Below, piece by piece: positions 49,465 through 63,390 of a stretch of 64,000 nucleotides of DNA (its first letter is position 1; each line of letters opens with the position of its first letter). This stretch comes from Lepidodermella squamata (lineage: Eukaryota > Animalia > Gastrotricha). The DNA is taken from NCBI GenBank assembly GCA_047495785.1, contig JBLDXI010000009.1, positions 3,906,001-3,970,000 of the forward strand. Direction: 5' to 3'. The notes under the pieces were generated by a model, which was not told the origin of the DNA, made no database searches, and saw nothing but the letters and a program-made list of their open reading frames with translations. Both the position numbers and the translations under genes were made by a program.

Positions 49465-52175
49465 TCAGAGGCCTGGTTACACTTCGACTTCTGATAATGC
49501 CCTATAATACAAGAGGTCGAACAGAGTTGATTATGCATACACAGTATGGTGGGCGTAATGAGAATGCGCGAAAACCGATAGTAGCCAGACAGATCTGCTA
49601 AATATTTGGTACAGGGCCCGGCACGCAAATCTGCGATGAAACCATCATACCAGGTACACTCACACGCTCTCAAACATATCAATATCAAAAGTTATCTTTA
49701 TTGTATATAATGAGAAGTCGGCTCGTAAAACATTGCTAGAGATATGGCGGCTGGTAAAAAAATACCGGCTGATGGAGAAAATAAGTAGCGTGTAAGAGAA
49801 TGCATAAAATAAACTCCGTGCGCGCGCTCATATTTCATTCAGTAAAGAAATTTAATGGCTACATTATTAATTTATGACATCGCGATTTTCGCGCAAGTTA
49901 ATTTACAACGCTTAAGAAATACGTAAGATTTCTTGGCAACACCTCTCAGTGCATTTGTGCAAGATAGATTTTAAATTGACAAAGTCGATAATATCAAGTT
50001 AGCTTCAAATTTTGAAAAATTTATTTACTTATGTGAGCGTAATCCTCAAATATTTCACATACCGGTGTGTTGATATTATAAGCTGTGGCTCTACTTTGTT
50101 CATGATACATTGCCCATGCAGCATGTAATATTAAAAGTAGATGACTTTGTTGCTTCGCTGGTAGACACAGCTATGCCGCAAGCTTGAAATGGGTACTGGG
50201 TACTGGAACTAATATATAATATATGATAACGCCGATAAGCTTGTAACTTTCTAGTTGGGGATGTGGTAACAAGCAGCTGGAGGCAATGTCTAATTTGAGG
50301 ATACGCAATATTCGTGTAATTTTAGTTGAAAAAAGAATGAGAAAACGAACTGCCCTTAGCTCTATGATATTAAAAAAACCCGAGCCCTGAGCATCCGCAG
50401 CCCTTATTATTGCTTATTAAACGGTGAACAATCTTCTGACATTTATTCCAGCTTTGAATCGTGAATCGGCTAAATATTAACTGAAATTCGATTAGTACAT
50501 TGCAGTCTGTCGGTTATGCGATCTGAAGTTTCGCATTAGAGGCATAAGTCGACAAATAATAGAGTCCAAGGGCCAATGGTAATATAACAAATTATATGTT
50601 TGACGCTACTTGATGCGAATGTTTGTTGTGGAGGATTTCGAATGGAAACCGAGTAGATGATTTGTAACTTGTAAGTTGCAACGATACATTCGAATAAACA
50701 ATAGCGTACTTTCGCATAGAAAAAAGTCGCGAAATATACTAGTACAGATGCATTCAAATTCACCAACTTGGTCAAAGGCAATTCTGAAATGAAGATTTTG
50801 TGCAGAGCAAGTGACAAGCGGCCATCATTAGTCAACTGCAGCCCTGGATTCTTATCAGTGCCCATTGCCTATTTTAACAGACATTTTGGGCATGGGAACA
50901 CAGCAAGAAATATATCAGAAGCGCGACGGTGACAGCTACCGTGACACCAATTAGACGGAATTAGAAGTTATTATTATGTTATGTTATCAAGTGTCAGAGC
51001 AAAATAACATTGTAACAGACCAATGGATACCACCTAGTCATAAAGACGATACCCGAAATGACCAAAAGCAAGTTAAACGAAGGCGTCACGTCAACGTTGA
51101 GATTTGTTCAAGGGAGGAGGTGAGTGCGTGCAAGGGCAGTGGACCGTGCGAGACCGTACATGTTTTGGCCGGATAAAGCTACAGTTGCTAATTGCTGCGC
51201 GCCTCGCAGTTATGAACTATGCCCATATCTTCCACCAGCTCATCGCAAGCTTTGGATTGTAGAAGCCCGAAGCCCGGCAGAGTCTATTCAATAAACCGTA
51301 AGTAAATCTTTATAACTGCAGTTCTCGAACCTCTAGTTAGTAGTTTTTGATGCTTGAGAGTTGAGAATTGAGAATAGAATATGAGAAATCAGAATATTAC
51401 ACTGAGCACCGAGTGACCTGCCCTGCATGTTTCCTTTGCAATCCACTAAAAGTGCTGTAGGGCTGAAACGAGCCCGGTGACAGTCTATTGAGCCTGAGAT
51501 ATCTTGATGCGCGATCAACTGCAATTCATTGACGCATTACGCATTTCATTGGGTTGCAAGTTGGCTATTCTTAGCGCGCGCACAATTTGGCGTCTTTCCA
51601 GCGCAAAAACCCAGGTAGAACACGCCGTCAACCGGCTTACATGCCGATGGGCATTCGGCGCCGCAGTGTCTGGTGTGCCAGTGTTGCCGGAGTGGCGGCG
51701 GAGTCCGAGAGCGGCGCGCTTCCACTAACGCGCCAAACTTGAAAAAAAATTCAGCCTGACTTGGAAAAAATGAAATCAATTTTCCATTACGTTGATCTTT
51801 CTTATAAACATTTAATATTTAATTGCGATCAAGTATTTGCGCTAAATTTCATTTTTATGTAGCGTAGGAAAAATTCTGCACTTCTTGGGGTCACTCTCTG
51901 CCCTTGACAGCTTTCTCGGCTACACACCGGTCTTCATCCCTCCCAAAATCGACTCGGGACTCGCATTTTCCGATGTACCCTCAGGGGGACCCTTATGCTA
52001 GGAAAGCATTGCGCATTGCGTCCTTCGTCTTACTTTTTTTTACCAAAGGGAGAGGGCCTTACGTTTTTTGACCAATTCACTTCACTTCCAATAGTTTTTT
52101 CGTCGCCTTGGGCTTTGTGCTTGCTGCTCGCTTTGAAATAATTTATAACTTAATGGTTTTTCCTTCACAATTAGA

Positions 52176-55100
52176 ATGGAGCAAATGACTATACACGTGA
52201 ATACTCGCACCGGCGAGAGAACTGTTAACCCAGAATCATCTGTCGGTAACGGAGAAGACGTTCCTAACGGAGATTCGGACAATAACGGCGTTATTGTTAT
52301 TGACGATAACAGTCGGACACCTGAGATTGAGAGCCCACAATTGGCACGAGGAACCACTGTCTTGAAGCGCGGTGGTGGGAGGCCTAATCTTTCCGGCCGT
52401 AAACCTATCGTCAGGCCTAATCCAGAGCATTTACCCACTATTCCATCGTTCACTCCAGCAATTGTTCCTCCGAAAAATGACGATCTTCGTAATGAATTAA
52501 GCCGTAGTAGGATGTCGTCAGAATCTGAGTTCATCGTATTATCAGAGGTCACAGGCATCGTCAAAACAGTAGATAACACAGGTATTTTTAATATTTATGA
52601 TCCAATCTCTTTACAAGAAATTGACTTCCTCAGAAACGGTCGAGGACGAAGTAGAAGGTATCGAGGTTGAATTTGAGAATGAAGAAGAGGAAGACTTGCG
52701 GAATCAATTATCGAGCTCGCCTCTGAAACAGATGAATTCGGCCCCTGCCATGTCGATGTCTCACGACGACACATTCGAAGACCACGGTAAGGAAATTGAA
52801 GAAGATCGATTGTCTCTAACAGCTGACGATGACTTCGATTTGAATCCCGCGCCGCATTCAAAAAACGCGGATAAGGTAATTGATTCTTCCATTTCCGATC
52901 TTCATTTTTTAATTTGTGCGAATAGCCTGGGCCGAAACCGAGCTCCTCCAGCAGCTCTTCGAAACCAGGCCAGTCTTCGTTGTCTAAAAATTCGGGTTCG
53001 TCTCAAAGCAACAACAAGCCGGTTGATAGAGCTGCTTCTCAGCCGAATTCTTCGGCTGTTAAAACACCTCCGGCTAAACCGCAGTCGTCAACCAGTAACT
53101 CAACTCTAAAACCTACTTCGGACAGACAAGGCTCATTGAAACAGCCACCCGGAAAGCCAGAGTTGAAAGCTCCTCCACCTAAGCCGCAAATATCTTCATC
53201 CAGTTCGAGCAAGCCTCAAGAAACAAAACCATCATCGTCGTCATCTTCTGGTAACAACAAACCACAAGATAAACCGATATCGTCTAGTTCGAACAAAAAT
53301 CAAGAGTCCGTCAAGGCTTCTCCGGCGCCTAGTTCTGCAGCTACTTCGAAACAAAATGGGTCTGTTCGACCTCCACCCCCAAAGGTGGATCTTTCTGTGA
53401 CCAAGTCACCGGTTGTCGAGAAAAAGCCACCATCAGAATCGTCTAGCTCTGTGAAATCGGAGCCTCCTAAAGCTGAGAGCGTCAAGTCTGAACCGAAAGC
53501 TGCACCGCCTAAGGTTGAAACCCTAAAACCTCTTGCTCCTCCGCCGAAACCCGCCGAGGCTAACAAACCTGCAGAACCTGCCAAGTCGTGCCAGTCTTGC
53601 CCCGGAATACAAAGCATTGAGAACAAACTTTCATCACTGTTGAAATCGAACGCTTATCGTCCGCGTAAGAAGGATGACCAGGATGTGATGTCGCAGAAAG
53701 ATTTCCAGGATTTCAGCAGCAGTATGACTGAAATCGCTCGGCGGGCGCGTGAATCGAAAATCACGAGTGTCACACCCCTGATTTTGAATTTAGTCATGTC
53801 AAATGGCAAAATGGATGAGAAAATGTTGGCTGAGCTGCTGCCGAAAGTTATCGTCGCGGGAGGTATCACTCTCAAAGATTTTCAAACTCAAATTCGACCG
53901 ATTGTGGAACAATCTTGCCGATCTGCTTCCGAGACGAGCGCGCTGCAAAACCTTCTGGGGTATTTTTTGCTCAACTAAACTTTCGCTGGATATTTTTCAT
54001 GAGAAAACTTCGAATTTTTATTTCAGCCTTTATTGGTTTTTCGCTGACTGGTTCGGTTTGTGGGATACTATTATCAAGGTTACGCATAATTCTGCGTCGA
54101 AGGCAGGAAGCTCGCCTTCGAAGAATTTGCCGATACCGATTTTGAAGAGTCTCATTCGTTTAGTTGTGACTGTATCGTCCGACCGAGTCGGGCTAGTTGC
54201 GTGGTTGATTTCCAATTTGTCGCGTAAAGAAGTTACCGGGAATTTCAAAACTTCGATCTTAGCGAAATTAGTTCCGTTGCTCGAAAAGCGAAGTCTATTC
54301 AAGCTTCGAATTCGAATTGAAGACTTGATCGGTGCTCAGCCGAAAACTGACGATTTGAGGTCGAAAGCTGTAATTGATAAGATGACATCGCTTGGTCGTC
54401 GTTTGCAGAGTCATTTGTCGAAAAAGCAGCCTCTCGGCATGTCAGATGAAGTTTCGTTCCTGCAGCCGGGATCTCACGATGTTATCGCTGAAGTTTGCTT
54501 CATTTTACGCTACGTTAACAACGACGATCTAATGCTTGAAGGCCTGAGCACGTTTCTCAGCTTTTTTACCTCGAAATCAACTAGCGATCACTCGGAGCTG
54601 AAGCGCAATTTTGTATATACTGTGTTCTATTTGTCGCGTTATGTGAAGTCAAATTCGACTATTCCGAAATTGATCGCGAAGCTGGATAAAGTCGGCATTG
54701 ATTTCTGGTCGCATTTAGGCCCGGAAATTATGTCGCATGCCGACGCAAAATACGCGGATTATTCGCTAAAATTCGCGGAAACGTTCGTTGATTCGAAAGA
54801 AATTCCTGATGTGAAGTCAAAATATTTTCAGTGGATTACGGGTAAAAAACAATCGGAATAATAACTTATTTTTGTCATTAAAATATTAATTTATTAAGGA
54901 TCTACTTTTCTACCTTTATCGAAAATCTCTGATCAAGAAGATTTGAAAACAGCTGTTCGTACTAAGGCGAACTTTTTCAATAATTTGCTGGCGAAAATTC
55001 CGGATTCATCTGTCAGCGCGACTCATTGCGATTATTTCGCGCAACTCGTGAAAGCCTACGTAGCGGATGTCAATTCGAATTCAAATTTCAAGGACGATTA

Positions 55101-58100
55101 CAAGCAGATGTTCGATTTCGAGAAGGTCTACAGCCGCATGGCGATTAATTGCGTTAGAACTCAACGGACTGCCCTTCTAACAGAGTTATTCGACCACGCG
55201 TCGCAAAAGCTGATTTTCCCGAAAAAGGGCCATCCGAGTGAATTGACGTATCGGATTTTCATCGCGGCTTTCGCGATTAGGGACGACAAAGCTAAGGCGG
55301 TGCTTGCCTATCGCCAAGCTGTTCAGGCTTCCATTTTCAGTGTTCAACCCGATTCAGCTCACGAAAACTGTGTTGTAATCAAAGTGCCTGCGTTTTTCAC
55401 AGAGCCTGAGATTATCGCCTTACTGCATTCGACGCTGGACTGTGCCTGGAAGCTGTATCAAGACGGTTCATTCTCGCCAACTTCCTTGCCTCATTTAGCG
55501 TTGAAAATTGAACCGCCGCGGAGTGATGTTGTAAATGAAAATATTTCTATTTTGATGTGCGGCCAATCTGAGGATCAAGTCTTCCAACGCATCAAGTCAG
55601 TTGCGACGGCTTCGATGGGCCTGCAGCTGCAGAAGTCGAATGGCTTGATTAAGCTGGATCAAAAGGACGTTATGGCGCTGTTTGGCTCGTGGAAAACCTC
55701 GCCGCGTCCCACCACGCTGCCGAAATTTGAGCTGACTACTGAAAAATTGCTGTCACTGGCTCGCGAGGCTAGTTCTTTCAAGCCGGTTGTTCTCTCTGTT
55801 CCTGCGTCGGAAAGCAGGTATCTAAAGCTGTTTTCAATCGGGTTTATTTATCATGGCTTACAAAATAGGGTTTATTTGTTGTTGTTTTTTAATATTTTTT
55901 CGTGTAAATTGCATGTTTTTTCACCGGGGAGATCATGCTGTGCACTTCATTCTTAGGTTGAGATCGAAATCTAAGAGGCTATTAAAGGAATACATCTCGT
56001 AGTTGAAGCACGGCCTTAGTTGCTATTATGAAAAGGTCGAGTCTTAGTACTTAGTACTTGGTCTTAGTAGATACTTAAGAAGCGATAAAAAGCATGTAAG
56101 CCTCTTGTCAGCAGTCGGTCCTACATAATTGCTAATTACCCATGTTTTCAATAGCAAAAGCAGCAAATTTGAGTTAATTTGAGCACCCGTCTAATTTGCT
56201 CCAAAATCTAAACACTTCTTGGAATATCTTCATTTTCTATCATGCGGGTCTATTGGAACGTAATCGAATTTCAAATCGCAAAAATTTAATCGAATCATCT
56301 CGTAACCTGGATTTTGAGAGTATTATGAGTATTGAAATACTTGGAATTTCGTTTGTTCGAAATCTAAAACAATCTCAGTTCGTCACGAATTTTGCGCTGA
56401 TAAATTGCGAGAAGGAATTTTTGAAAAAGCGTGTTCTGAATTGAATAGCGGGCAGATGCCACCTCAGGAAAAGCTGCATTTCATGGCCTTCCGAATATTT
56501 TTGAATTCGCGAACCTATTCCCATGGAGCGGCTAAATTAGGTTTCATTTACATACGTGGCTAAAATTCAGAGAGTTGAGTTTCTATAGAAATTTCGAAGT
56601 TACCAAAATACGTTTGAGAAGTTTAAAGTTGAGAATTGCTAGTGGAATTTCAGTTTGCCATTCGATTCAAGCGTAGGTTTTGAAGTGATAGCTGGAAAAT
56701 CAGCGGTCTTCAGTTCAGAGCTGTGCACACTTTGATCTCTCCAGTAATCTGGGTTTGCCTCATTCTGAAAGTTACTTTACGATTCAATTGATTTGTTGTC
56801 CTGGGAATAACCGCTTTCCGCTTTGAGATTCAGCGTCCGTCTAAAATATAACGTAAATTATCGTCAAATAGATTACCCCCGAATAACTCAAATGGTGCGA
56901 AACGCCCGGCGGCATCCCCCGGCGGTCCACCTGAGAAGATTGCGCCTTTCAGCCTGAACGCGCCGAACCGAGGCGGCAACGCGGTTCAGAAGCTGTCAGT
57001 CAGCGACGAGTTCAAAATTCCGAAACGATCGCGAGTTGACGATGACAGCGACCCGTCGCCACGAAAAATGGGTCGTCAAGGTGGGGGCCCTCAAGGCCAG
57101 ACGCGGCCGCCAGAGCGAGGCCGGCCGAACGAGAATCGCGGCGGGAATAACGGGCGAGAAAATGGCGGATCTTACCCGCATCAGGGTGGTCAAAACCGTG
57201 GCGATTTTGACCAGAGAAGAAATCAAGGACCGCCGCCGCAAAATCGCAACTCGAATCAACAACCGCCTGCGCCTCCGCCTCAAGTTGACCGCGGGGTGGC
57301 TGAGGACCCGCTTCGAACTACGGAGAAGCTTTTGCGACGAGTAGGCCAGTACTTGAAGGTGTGTACGAAACGACTAATCGGACAAAATATCCTATTTTAA
57401 GATTGTTTTTATACGGAAATTATTTTATTAATGATAATCATATTCAGGGTAAAGAAATGGAGCGACAGCACGATCCCGTTCCTAACTACCCGCCATTCCA
57501 GCAACCAGCTGGTTTAATGCCGGCTAATACGAAGTTGCTAGAAGCCGCGACTTCAGCGGTATTCGAGGCGGTTCGCGACGCCACCCGGGCCCCGCCTGTT
57601 GGCCAGGCCGAGCAGGGCATCACCCGGGCTTGGGAGGAGTTCGAAGAGCGACGATCTGCGCGAGGCCAGCCGCAACAGCCGAGCTATATGGCACCGCAAC
57701 AGCAGAATCAAAACCCGTACGGATCGAATGGTGGCCAGGCGGCTGAAGATCGCAACGCGTACAACCGACCGCCGGCGAAGGTTGGAGGGCCCCCAGGTGG
57801 GGTGCCCGGGCCCTATGGCGCACCGACTGCTCCGGCTGATCAGCATCAACAGATGTATGGCCAGGAGCCGCAGCGATACCCGCCTCCGCCGGGTTTGAAC
57901 TACGCAGGGTACCCGGGTGCTCCGCAGGCACCTGCCGCCCCGCCAGCGCCCAGGGCGCCCCAACCGAACGATCCTTACGCCCAGCAGCAGTACTACTACG
58001 GACAGGAGCAGCATCCTTACCATCAAGCCGCGCAGCAACCGCAGCAACCCCCTCAACAGCAACAACAAGGACCGAAAGGTGGGCAATATCCGCCGCCACC

Positions 58101-59188
58101 GCCTTCGCAGCCCCCGGCGCCAAGGCAACCACCTGGCCAGCAGTACCCTCCCCCTCCGAAACCGATAGCGCCGCCTGCTGGAAAGCCACCTGCGCCGCAG
58201 CCGGATTACGGCCAAAGCCGGAATCCTTATGGTTTGATAACTTATTCGTTTTATACGAGGATTGATCGATTGAGTGGTCGAAAGTTCTGCTCTTGCGTGC
58301 GCGCGCTTGGGATAGAGGTTATAGGTTAGGCTGGTCTTGTGCCGGATTTAACATGAAAAAGTCTGTGAAACTTATATTGACAGCTAAATGCTATCGATTT
58401 ATCATATTTCTGACACTTCCAGGCCAACACGATATCATCACGATATGATCAAACTTTACCGACCCTGTTGCATTGTTCTTCCTTCCGCATCACAATCTGA
58501 CTCTGGATTCAGCTGTTGGACAAAGTTTTAAACAACAGTTTTACGTCTAAATTAGGAAAAGGGATGGAATACTTTCTGCAATCCGAAATGCCAATGTGAC
58601 TTGATAGTCAGTTTCCTCAGGCTTAACTCCAATTATGGCGTTCGTCAAAGTTTGACCAGGAAGATTGTTTACGTCTCTGCATTTGCGCGTTAGAGTTAAG
58701 TTTAGGGCAGTCGCTTGAGCGGAACTTTCAAACCACGCTGTAGAGTTTCCTTAGCCTTAATTTACCTTGACGAGTTGAGTAAGGATAATAAGAGTGATTT
58801 CCATATTCGAATCGAATGATTAGAAATGCACCTGGCTCCGCAGCACCAGCACCAACACCACCACTCGCAGCACCCGCATCATCAAGGGCAACAACCGCCT
58901 CAGCCTCCACCGCCGCCGCCACCGCAGCAGAAGCAACAACAACAACAGGCACCGAAAAGTGGCCAGTACCCGCCGCCCCCGCCACCGGCCTCGCAACAGC
59001 AGCAAGCGCCTAGACCACAACAAGCGGCCTACTACGACCCGAATGCGATGATGTACGGCATGCCGCAAGCTGCGATGCCGTATCAAATGGCAGGTGCGCC
59101 CGGTCAATACCCGCCTCCACCGCCGCAGCAGCAACAAGGCGCGTGGCCCGGTCACCCGATGCACCCGGCTGGCGGAGGATGGCGCTGA
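52176..59188 (+). CDS. ~1683-aa protein: disordered acidic and S/P/K-rich N-terminus, helical core with possible TOPAZ1-like C-terminal domain, P/Q/Y/G prion-like tail
   Basis: Eight exons join in phase: 52176-52581, 52634-52875, 52926-53959, 54027-54841, 54899-55817, 56872-57358, 57448-58231, 58824-59188 (5052 nt). The gene model is well supported; the identity is tentative. Confidence 0.75.
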
Positions 59189-61006
59189 AAGCGACGTGAC
59201 TGATTGATGATTGTGTGTACATAGCGAATCATTCTATTGTTGCCGTCGAAAATTACATAGTCGCCTATATATCACTTGGAAAATCGATTATGAGAGAGTC
59301 ACTACAGCAATAGCCGAGTTCAGCAAAAAGTTTTTCCGTTTTTTTCTGAGATCGTGTTATGTTTACGCCTTACGTGTATAAATTACCCGAGTTCATAAAT
59401 TCAGCGGTCGATAAGATCCTTTATATCACTTGGAAACTCGAAAAATAAATACAATTTTTTTGAGGTGTATAAAGAATTGAAGGTTCAACAAGTCAGCTTT
59501 ATTTTAGCAGTTCCGGATGTTGGCGAATTCCTCCTCGACACAGCAGTTTCGGTCCTCGAGCTGGAAATAATTGAGCATATTTTCGTTTCAATTAGATATA
59601 TTATATACACCTATGTGCGAACGGTAGCTGGCATATCATGTTTTTTATGCTGCCGGAATTCTGCAAATGGTTGCACCTGAACCCTTTCGAAATATTGACG
59701 GAGATCTTCGCCCTGCTCGCATCATGTGCCCTTTTAATCCTTCGGGTTGATTTCGAACTGAATATCACGTAAGATACGGAGAAGTGTGCTGATTCACAGT
59801 TGAAACTTGTTTTTTTCTTAAGATGGACACACATTTTCATACCATTATTTCTCGCCGACTCATTGAATCTTTATTTCAAGGTGGGTGTTTCTTTTTTGTA
59901 CAATATTGGATGGTTATAGTTTTTTTATGACAGCTGATAGTTCTAGTCCATAGGATACGGAGGCTGTCGAATCCTAATCCAGCTGCCGTGTTGGAATCAC
60001 CAGCGACTCGATCGCGTATCCTGCTGTTATTCCGCTTTGTGGAGGAATCAGCCGGTATTCTGATGTGCCTAATCTTCAAATTGCTCATTCACGCGAAAAT
60101 GACGTCTCAGTCAAACATTCAAACGTCGTCTGTCATTTGCCTACCGTTGATAGCTTTCGACTGCCTGCTTCTGTTCTGGAGCTGTACTAACGTTGAAAAT
60201 TGAGGATTAATAATTGTTGTGTTATTCGTTTTTTTACCATCTTTTTCATACAAGTTTTGAGAATAAAGTGATGATATGCGCGGTGATGATTACGGGTATT
60301 TTTGAACTAATTAATGTAGGTTGGCTTGGCTTGGGTGATTCGGATGTAACAGGATGTAACAGTGCTGTGACCTGAACCTGGTGCCGATTTAAAATCGAAA
60401 TTGAGAAGCTAAGGACACCGCTTGGGGAACTCCAAGAAAGGGCAAAGTAGGTATTTATATCCAGGTAAAGCTGAGGGGAAAGATGAGGAGTTATCAAAGT
60501 CGGGCAGGTCACTAACAATAATGCTGATATTTTTTTAATTTTAATTCTCCCTTATATCAACCTTAAATCAGCGAGAACTTTTCGTCTGATTGCATAACCT
60601 TTTAGAACAACGAGATTTCCACTTGAGACTGTCCTTATTTCCATATGACCGCAATTGCAGACAATATTGCAGACGCCGCATTTCGTGAGTAGTAATTATA
60701 TTCGACGAATAACCTGGGAATCTAATACATTATATTCGGGATAAACATGAGTATTTGTGTTCCGATTGCCTCGCATGTAAGTACTGCCAGTCCGTTGACG
60801 CACATGCATGCCAAGTCCGTTGATAACATGGGTACTAGCCTTATTATTAGGAAAAATCTCGTTTTTTGCGGCGGTATAATATAGGAAAAGTACGCGCGGA
60901 CATCAGCTATATAACACGGCGTAATAGCGGCTAAAATCAACCGCAGTTTCTCGCAATCGAAATTTCGCCTATATACAAGTTTAAACTACTGAAATCTATC
61001 TCCACT

Positions 61007-61895
61007 ATGGCTCTCAAAATGCTGTGCATCGCTTCGGCTATCTTTCTCGTCGCATCGGCTACAAGTAAGCCACTGGAAATATATTTTCAGCATATAATTT
61101 CCTATTCTGAATTTCAGACGCCCCTGAACGTGATTTGGGCAAGCATTTGCTTCATGCAGCCGCCGAACAGGGCACGTCAGGTCGCCCAGTATCTAAACCG
61201 TAAGCTTATTCTTCTTCAGAGTTAATCCATTCTAAGCCTGTTGATATTCAGATCCGACGCTGTCAAAGTTTCCTTTGGACTTGACTTGGTCAAGATCGTG
61301 AGTGTTGATTCCGAGAACTTTGCAACCATTTCATCATTTGTCAAACTGTTCTGGAACGATGCCGCTCTTTCTTGGGATCCAAAACGCTTCGAAGGTGCCG
61401 ATTCAATTGCCCTCCCTGCCGATAAAATTTGGAGACCTGATGTTGTCTTCTATAATGAGTAATTTTTCCAACTCTCTTTCATGGGCGTCTCATTTATTTC
61501 CTACTTTAAAAAGTATCAACGGCGGTTCTGCCGATCAACTGCGCCAACGATTGGCATCTGATGCTTTAGCCATGGCTGATGGCACTGTGATCTGGATCGG
61601 CCGAGCTGAGCAAAAGATAGCTTGCAAGTCTGTTGACGGCGGTGTTCTCAAGTGCAGTCTAAAAGCCGGCTCATGGGTTCACGACAACACGAAGATGGAC
61701 ATCACCTTCGCTGACGGCAAGAGCCAAATCGGTACTGACGAATTCGAAGAGTCGCAAGGATACCAATTGGTGGGCACCAAGGCGTCATACGATGACAAGG
61801 AATATTCGTGCTGTCCTGGTCTCAAGTACCGCTCCTTCAAGTTCGAAATCGATATCAAGCGCACCAACTCGGCTGCTCAATGCACCAAGCATTGA
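61007..61895 (+). CDS. Secreted acetylcholine-binding-protein-like Cys-loop ligand-binding domain, ~242 aa, no TM domain
   Basis: Exons 61007-61064 (signal peptide), 61118-61199, 61252-61458, 61514-61895. ERDL...RPV, WNDAALSWDP, IWRPDVVFYN, GSWVHD, loop C YSCCPGLKY; stop shortly after IDIKR; AATAAA near 61973. Confidence 0.88.
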
Positions 61896-62321
61896 GGTGG
61901 CCGAGAACATATCAAGTGACTGATGATAATTCGTGTTTTGTATTGTAACTAAAGCACGTGCTAGGAAGTATTAATAAAAATCCCGTCTTGCAAATTTTCT
62001 GTTGCTTGGTTGGTCAACTGTAGCTGCCATCGTAGCTGCGTAGTAATAGCAGTTTGCCACGCGCTTCTTTACCAGCGCGCGTTTCCAAATATGCTCATTG
62101 AAGAGAAACAAAAAATTGAAATGACTGTTTCCCACTTCGGCACTTATCAATGATTATATGAAAGGACCATCTCGAGCTTTGACTGCTCAAATTTATATAA
62201 CAGCTAAAATTTAGAATCTGCGGACATAAATCTGCCAGTTCTCTCTACGAAAAGAAAGGAAAATAGCGTCAGATGAGCTGTTTCATTAGATCAATTAGAA
62301 AAAATACCCAATCACTCAACG

Positions 62322-63049
62322 ATGCCTAGCTACAAGCTGTACTATTTTAATGTAAGCTGCATTTTTTTCAACTTCATGATAAAAGCAGCTATACAACTTT
62401 GCTGTACCAGGCCCGAGGGCGAGCTGAGATCTCTCGCATGCTCATGAACTATGGTGGAATTGCCTTCGAAGACATCAGATACGAGGACGATGAGTGGCCA
62501 AAAGTTAAGCCGACAAAGCCTTTTCCTGCTGGGCAAATACCAGTGTTGGAAATTGATGGAGTCATGCACGGGCAGAGCTTGGCGATAGCACGATACTTGG
62601 CTCGAGAAACAGGTTGGTGCAAGCGATCGATCATATTAAAATGCGGCACTGATTGATTTATTACAGGCCTTGCTGGAAAGTCATCACTAGACCAGTTGAA
62701 AGCAGAAATGATCGTTGATTCTATCTACGACCTTCAAAATAAAGTCTGGGACCGGCAGTTCTACGCCAAGACGGAAGAAGCGAAGCAAGCCATTTGGACC
62801 GAAATATCAACTGCAACAGCTCCTCGAGTTTTCGATTTCCTCGACAAGTCCGTAGGAGGGACCTATTTCCTTGGAGATCAATTCACATGGGCTGATTTGG
62901 CGTTTCTTGACGCTTGCGATGCTTTCGATTCAAACAATGTCACGCAGTTCATGGAACGGTTCCCAAGACTGGTCGAGCACCGCAACCGGCTTAAGAAAGA
63001 GCCGAAAATTGAGGCCTATCTCGCTAAACGGCCTCAAACTGATTGCTAA
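62322..63049 (+). CDS. Glutathione S-transferase, sigma class
   Basis: Exons 62322-62351, 62411-62612, 62667-63049. MPSYKLYYFNARGRAEISR, GQIPVLEIDG, QSLAIARYLA, GDQFTWADL. Confidence 0.95.
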
Positions 63050-63203
63050 ATAATTGCATCGCCGATCAGATTTTCTGCTTGTAGTTGAAGCAGAATAAAT
63101 TGAGGGACAGCATTTTGCGGATTTCTGTGGCCTACTCTAAAACAATCTTTTTCGTCTTTTTAGTGGTATTCATAATATGAATTTCCTGATATTTAGTTGA
63201 TCG

Positions 63204-63390
63204 GTTATAAAAACAACCCAGTCGGGTTTTTTTTATAGCCTCCGCTATATATAATGAATCTCCAGGTACGCCGTTCATGGTACAAGCTATAAGGTATAAG
63301 GTAACATGAGCTGCATTACTGATTCTACGTTAGATTCCATGCTTTTTTTATAGCCGTTCAACTGAATGCATTATAAAAAAAACCGGCTCG
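63204..63390. repeat. Palindromic, MITE-like A/T-tract repeats between the GST genes
   Basis: Hairpin GGTTATAAAAACAACCC-AGTC-GGGTTTTTTTTATAGCC, plus further TTTTTTTATAGCC and TATAAAAAAAACC units. Confidence 0.4.

Noticed and set aside
50400-51780. Short ORFs and splice-like signals upstream of ENT
   Set aside because: Could not assemble a phased gene model; may be UTR, promoter or lncRNA.
57553-58215. Long antisense ORFs (220 aa, 189 aa) and similar shadows over other genes
   Set aside because: By-products of GC-rich low-complexity coding sequence on the opposite strand.
59500-60520. Possible spliced minus-strand transcript with acceptor-like sites and AATAAA
   Set aside because: No continuous ORF or homology recognised.
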